From an uncultured Anaerolineales bacterium (GTDB taxonomy: Bacteria > Chloroflexota > Anaerolineae > Anaerolineales > UBA6663), in NCBI GenBank assembly GCA_964608265.1, contig CAZSNP010000019.1, positions 120-64,119 on the forward strand: DNA of 64,000 nucleotides. The letters are read 5' to 3'. The translations under genes were made by a program, and so were the position numbers. The notes under the pieces were generated by a model, which worked only from the letters and a program-made list of their open reading frames with translations, did not search any database and was not told the DNA's origin. Shown piece after piece: positions 60,083 to 64,000 of the stretch (the first letter of the stretch is position 1; each line of letters opens with the position of its first letter).

Positions 60083-60108
60083 CGACGATGGCTCGTCGCC
60101 CCTCAGAA

Positions 60109-60132
60109 AGCCCGCCGCGCGCGGGCTTTTTG
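60109..60132 (+). terminator. rho-independent terminator after the mini-protein pair
   Basis: AGCCCGC-CGCGC-GCGGGCT followed by TTTTTG. Confidence 0.85.
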
Positions 60133-60185
60133 ATTCCTCGCGTACAATCCGGGACGATCCGGGCGCATCCGCTTGCGGGAAGAAA

Positions 60186-60542
60186 ATGAACTGGCAACGC
60201 ACCCTCCCCGTTCTCACCTCCATCGCCATCCTCCTCGTCGTGGCCGTGCTGCGCGACCGTTCGCGCACGCTGGCGGCGCTGCTGGCCACCATGCCCATCA
60301 ACATCCCGCTGGCGCTGTGGGTGATCTCGAGCGGGAGCGACAACGATCCGCAGGTGCTGAGCGACACCATCCGCTCGATGTTCATCGGCCTGCTGCCGGG
60401 CTTTGTGTGGTTGGGGGTGGTGCTCTGGCTGACGCGCGCCGGCTGGGCGATTCTGCCGGCGATGGGCGCCGGTTACGCCGTGTGGGCGGTGGTGATTGCG
60501 GGGCTGTTCGCGCTGGGGATACTGACGTGGCCGAAAGCGTAA
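60186..60542 (+). CDS. small polytopic membrane protein
   Basis: 118 aa with 4 predicted TM helices. TACAAT at 60143-60148. Confidence 0.65.
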   Translation: MNWQRTLPVLTSIAILLVVAVLRDRSRTLAALLATMPINIPLALWVISSGSDNDPQVLSDTIRSMFIGLLPGFVWLGVVLWLTRAGWAILPAMGAGYAVWAVVIAGLFALGILTWPKA

Positions 60543-60623
60543 AGCGCAAAACGTGAAACGTGATGTCGGGTTGGCGCCGGCCCGGCATGTAGCCCGGGAC
60601 TTGATCCCGCCAGCATCCGCGAT

Positions 60624-61454
60624 TCACGTCTCACGATTCACCACGCTCCCCAGGAACTCCTTGACGACCCCGATGTACTCTTCGAAGTGATCGTTGCGCG
60701 GGTTGTGGCCGGTGTTCTTGATTTGAACGTAGCGCAGGCGGGGTGAGAGCCGCAGCGCCTCCTCGGCCTGGGGCACGGTCACGATGCCGTCGCGGCCCTC
60801 GCCCGCCTCACCGATGATGAGGAGCCACGGGCAAAGGAAGGCCGCCGCCAGTTGCCGCCACGGCGTGAAGTCCCACGTCGGCAAATCGAGCAACCGCATA
60901 TCCATTTGCTGATACGCATCGATCCGCAGGTTGAGCGTCTCGTCGCTCCAGCCCGGCTGTTGTAATTTGTACTCGGCCAGCGCCAGCGAGCGCGGCTTGC
61001 CGGGGATGGATCGCACCCACGCGAACCACTCGGTCCAGGTGGAGCGGACGCGGTCACGGGCATCGGCCGCCTCGTACCACGGCGGGTCTTCGAGGATGAC
61101 CGCCCGCGCCAGGTCGGGCCGCCGAGCTGAGGCGACGGCCACCGTCTGCGCGCCCATCGAGTGCCCCATCAACACGGGCCGGTGCAGACCCAGTTGCTCG
61201 ACCAGACCGAGCAGCGCGCCCACCCGCTCCGCCTCGCCATAGCGCTCGCCCAGCCGATCCGAACGGCCGTGACCCTGCGCGTCGTAAGCGATGACATCGA
61301 AGTCGGCGTCGAGGGCGCGCATGGTCGCGGCCCAGCACAGGCCGCTGTTCGTCCAGCCATGGTTGAGCACGAGCGGTGGTTTGTCGCCGCCGGTGCGGAA
61401 GTAATGCAGGCGCACGCCGTTGACGTGGACGTCTTCTTCGAGCCAGGATGTCAT
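60624..61454 (-). CDS. alpha/beta hydrolase
   Basis: HGWTNSG oxyanion region and nucleophile elbow GHSMG. Confidence 0.85.
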   Translation of the reverse strand: MTSWLEEDVHVNGVRLHYFRTGGDKPPLVLNHGWTNSGLCWAATMRALDADFDVIAYDAQGHGRSDRLGERYGEAERVGALLGLVEQLGLHRPVLMGHSMGAQTVAVASARRPDLARAVILEDPPWYEAADARDRVRSTWTEWFAWVRSIPGKPRSLALAEYKLQQPGWSDETLNLRIDAYQQMDMRLLDLPTWDFTPWRQLAAAFLCPWLLIIGEAGEGRDGIVTVPQAEEALRLSPRLRYVQIKNTGHNPRNDHFEEYIGVVKEFLGSVVNRET

Positions 61455-61535
61455 AGGCGGAGGCGGCGGACGATGGGCGATGGACGAAGGCAGGCGCCTG
61501 TGCTTTCGTCTACCGTTTTGCGTTCTTCGTCAGCA

Positions 61536-62732
61536 TCACAGGTGTTGTTGCAGCCACTCAATCGCCGGGCCGGCGATGTGCGGGGCGTTGGGCAGCGCGA
61601 CTTCGTGATCGGCGCCGACGATGGGGTGCACGGTGACGGGCGCGGTGAGGCGGCGCGCGATCTCGTAGGTGGCGGTGAAGTCGCAGATATGGTCGCGCGT
61701 GCCGTGCATGATGAGCACCGGGCACCGGACTTTGTGCAGCACGTCGTAGAGCGCAAACGGTTTGGCCCTGGCAAGCGTGTCGCGGTAGCCTTTGGCCCCG
61801 ACCACCCACGCAAAGCTCTGCCGGATTCCATACACGGCCCTGGCGATGCCGATGCCGATATCGAACGGCGAGGCGTAGGCCACGCACGCCTTCACGCGCG
61901 GGCTGGCGGCAGCGGTCCGGAGCGAGAAGAATCCGCCCAGGCTGCCGCCCATCACGCCGAGCCGGTCGGCATCTACCTCGGGCCGCGCGGCCAGCGCCTC
62001 GAGCGCGGCGGACGGCACCTGCTCATCGTCGGCCTGGATGCGCGGGCCGTCGAAGTTCTCACCGTGCGCGGGCATATCAATCGTCAGCGTCGCGTACCCG
62101 GCCTTGCGGAAGAGCGCGACCGTGACGTCGTAATCGTCCTTATCGCCGGCCAGTGGGTGGATGACGAGCAGCGCCGGGACACGGCCCTCGGCGGGGTGTG
62201 GAAGGTGGAAGAGGCCGTGCGTGACGCCGCGCGCGTGGGGGATAGCGATGCGCTCGACGCGGTCACCTTTGATCTCGCGCAGCCGTTGATACAGCCGGCG
62301 CTGCACCGGCACGATGCGGCGGCGGTCGGGCAACGGCGTGTAAATGTAGAAGCCGTCGCCGCTGTACGCCAACCCCAGCATCGTCAGCGCGGTGTGGATG
62401 GACTCGATGGCGGCGTCGCGGTCGCCGCGCGCCAGCGCCGCCTCGACCGCGCGCAGATGCGGCACGGCCAGGTCTTCCCAGATCGGCCGCCACATGTTCA
62501 GCGTCCGCATCCGCCGGGCGATGACCTTTGTCAGCGCCGGGTCGAGGCCGAGGTTGGTGAGGATGGAGCGCGTCTGCGCGGTATCGAGGTAGAGAAAGCC
62601 GAGGCCAAGCCGCAGCCCCAGCTCCGCGATGGAGCGCGGCGGCCCGGAGACCATCGCCCCGCCCTGAGTCGTCACCGGCCCGGTCAGCCGCAACGAGCGC
62701 AAGTAGTCGGGGAAGGTGGTGGTGTTCAGCAT
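61536..62732 (-). CDS. alpha/beta hydrolase (dienelactone hydrolase/S9-like)
   Basis: Nucleophile elbow GGSLGG. C-terminal GTRDH and ADH catalytic-residue context. Confidence 0.8.
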   Translation of the reverse strand: MLNTTTFPDYLRSLRLTGPVTTQGGAMVSGPPRSIAELGLRLGLGFLYLDTAQTRSILTNLGLDPALTKVIARRMRTLNMWRPIWEDLAVPHLRAVEAALARGDRDAAIESIHTALTMLGLAYSGDGFYIYTPLPDRRRIVPVQRRLYQRLREIKGDRVERIAIPHARGVTHGLFHLPHPAEGRVPALLVIHPLAGDKDDYDVTVALFRKAGYATLTIDMPAHGENFDGPRIQADDEQVPSAALEALAARPEVDADRLGVMGGSLGGFFSLRTAAASPRVKACVAYASPFDIGIGIARAVYGIRQSFAWVVGAKGYRDTLARAKPFALYDVLHKVRCPVLIMHGTRDHICDFTATYEIARRLTAPVTVHPIVGADHEVALPNAPHIAGPAIEWLQQHL

Positions 62733-62743
62733 TCGGCGTTATC

Positions 62744-62794
62744 GGTGAGGGGTGATGGGTTACGCCACTGTACCTCGACCAATCACCAATCACC
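62744..62794 (-). repeat. heptamer-repeat inverted pair forming an intergenic hairpin
   Basis: GGTGAGGGGTGATGGGT (62744-62760) pairs with ACCAATCACCAATCACC (62778-62794) at 14 of 17 positions. The right arm is (CCAATCA)x2 followed by CCAATTA. Confidence 0.6.
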
Positions 62795-62803
62795 AATTAC
62801 CTT

Positions 62804-63124
62804 TTAGTACCTCGGCACGCCCGGGTCCACTTCGCGTGACCAGGCCTCGATGCCGCCGCGCAGGTTGAGGACATTGGTAAAGCCGTTGGCCTTGAGATAA
62901 AGAGCCACCTGCGTGCTCCGCACCCCGGTGTGGCAGTGCAGCACGATCTCGGCCTGCGGATCGAGTTCCGCCATCCACTCCGGCGTCTGGCCCATCGGCT
63001 TGAGCACCGCGCCGGGGATGCGGGCGATGGCCCACTCGCGCGGCTCGCGCACATCAACGAGCAACGGCGGGTTGGGGCCTTGCAGTCTCTCGGCAAGTTG
63101 TTTGGCGGAGAGTTCGGGGATCAT
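62804..63124 (-). CDS. single-domain rhodanese (sulfurtransferase)
   Basis: 106 aa with active-site loop CHTGVRS. Confidence 0.85.
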   Translation of the reverse strand: MIPELSAKQLAERLQGPNPPLLVDVREPREWAIARIPGAVLKPMGQTPEWMAELDPQAEIVLHCHTGVRSTQVALYLKANGFTNVLNLRGGIEAWSREVDPGVPRY

Positions 63125-63148
63125 GGAAGCGAGGGCAACCTTTCCCTG

Positions 63149-63982
63149 TCACGTGAGCGGTATGGGCGTGATGACGAGCACAAACAGAATCAGCGCGCCG
63201 ATGGCGAGCACGCGCCGGGCCGGGTCGAGTTCGGTGATCTGGTCGAGCGGCTCGGCGTGCGTGCGCCCGAGGAAGAAGATCAGCGCCGCCCACAGCCACC
63301 AGCCGTTCCAAAAGAAGCCCAGCCCGACGAGGACGGCGATGATGACGGGCACCAGCCGCGTGGCCCGTCGCCCGAGCAGGACGTAGAGCGCGTGGCCGCC
63401 GTCGAGCTGGCCGGCCGGGATCAAGTTCAGGCCAGTGACGAGCAGACCCGCCCACCCCGCCCAGGCCACTTGATTGAGAAAGACATCCGTGCCGCCGTTG
63501 GGGAACGGGAAGCCGAGCATGTAAAACCGCAGCATGTACAGCCAGCCCGGCAAATCGCCGTAACCGATGGGTTCGGGCAACCAGCGCCCATAGACTATGA
63601 ATTTCGCCAGCACGTAAAGGATCGAGTTGCCCTCCAGCCCGCTGAGCTGGTCGTAGGGGATTTGTTGCAGCGGCGCGGAGGTGTACAGGCCATAGAGCAA
63701 GATCGGCACGGCGACGACGAAACCGGCCAGCGGCCCGGCGATGCCGACATCGAGCAGCGCCCGGCGATTGGTGGGCGGGGCCTTGAGTTGGATGAAGGCG
63801 CCGAACGTCCCGAACAATCCGAAAGGAAACGGGATGAAGTAGGGGAGGGTCACGGCGACGCGGTGATAGCGCGCCATCAAGTAATGGCCAAACTCATGGG
63901 CCAGTAGAATCGCGAGCAGGCTGACTGCAAACGGCCAGCCCGCCATCATCACGCGCAGCCAGTCGAGGGCCGTTTCTGGCAC
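63149..63982 (-). CDS. M50-family site-2 protease-like membrane metalloprotease
   Basis: HEFGH within the first TM region. Polytopic. The start is close to the window edge, so the N-terminus is uncertain. Confidence 0.75.
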   Translation of the reverse strand: MPETALDWLRVMMAGWPFAVSLLAILLAHEFGHYLMARYHRVAVTLPYFIPFPFGLFGTFGAFIQLKAPPTNRRALLDVGIAGPLAGFVVAVPILLYGLYTSAPLQQIPYDQLSGLEGNSILYVLAKFIVYGRWLPEPIGYGDLPGWLYMLRFYMLGFPFPNGGTDVFLNQVAWAGWAGLLVTGLNLIPAGQLDGGHALYVLLGRRATRLVPVIIAVLVGLGFFWNGWWLWAALIFFLGRTHAEPLDQITELDPARRVLAIGALILFVLVITPIPLT

Positions 63983-64000
63983 CGGCCCGTCGTAGCCGTA

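Noticed and set aside
62744-62794. Diversity-generating retroelement (TR/VR) interpretation of the A-specific differences between the two hairpin arms.
   Set aside because: Only 17 nt with 3 differences. The repeats are inverted and intergenic rather than in a target gene. No reverse transcriptase is present in the window.
57637-62800. Heptamer and short direct repeats considered as a CRISPR-like or minisatellite array.
   Set aside because: The units are 7 nt, only 2-4 copies each, with no spacers and no cas genes. This is not a CRISPR array.

Overview
High-GC (roughly two-thirds G+C by eye) bacterial chromosomal segment with about 63 protein genes and one tRNA-Glu. I saw no rRNA, CRISPR array, transposase, integrase or prophage. 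Most long antisense ORFs in the track are Arg/Ala/Gly-rich shadow ORFs of real genes and are not reported. Gene content (recA-recX-rny, tandem CarH photoreceptor regulators, LysM, LD-transpeptidase and M23 wall enzymes, a beta-helix protein of the choice-of-anchor type, many -10 boxes only 6-10 nt from start codons) suggests a Chloroflexota-like organism; this is inference only. Gene blocks in order: hicAB at the edge; a carH-led carotenoid/antioxidant operon; a PdtaS/PdtaR-like GAF kinase with an ANTAR regulator; serB-like and serA; a radical SAM gene; OsmC; tRNA-Glu; two SCO1/SenC genes; manA-like; map; an adenylate cyclase; GNAT and GH2-like genes; USP; an ECF sigma/anti-sigma/DUF4331/TPR module; a wall-remodelling cluster; recA-recX-rny; a LAL-type LuxR; a globin; a five-gene secreted/membrane cluster; an aspartase-like gene; ferredoxin; SOD; plsX-fabF; NERD and methyltransferase genes; a LysM glycanase; CBS, ParB-like, SDR and MoeA-fusion genes; two mini BNR proteins; hydrolases; rhodanese; and an M50 protease. 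Items most worth a second look: (1) a peroxiredoxin-like gene interrupted only by a UGA at the redox-Cys position (UxxC), followed by a SECIS-like hairpin; (2) a leader upstream of the globin gene with two identical hexaloop mini-hairpins, the second overlapping an intrinsic terminator, an ANTAR-type antitermination layout, while a GAF-kinase/ANTAR pair is encoded in the same window; (3) a secreted-protein cluster whose two large exported proteins both end in YLP[IL]I[IL]R-COOH, a possible undescribed C-terminal sorting or processing tag, flanking a membrane protein and an HExxH protein; (4) a 175-nt structured palindromic element with an internal H-type pseudoknot upstream of CBS; (5) heptamer-periodic AT-rich patches inside moeA and in a nearby intergenic hairpin; (6) recurring GGTGAC/GTCACC(TT) and TGACA-N2-TGTCA motifs in several 5' regions. 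All family calls come from motif recognition by eye; no database search was run.
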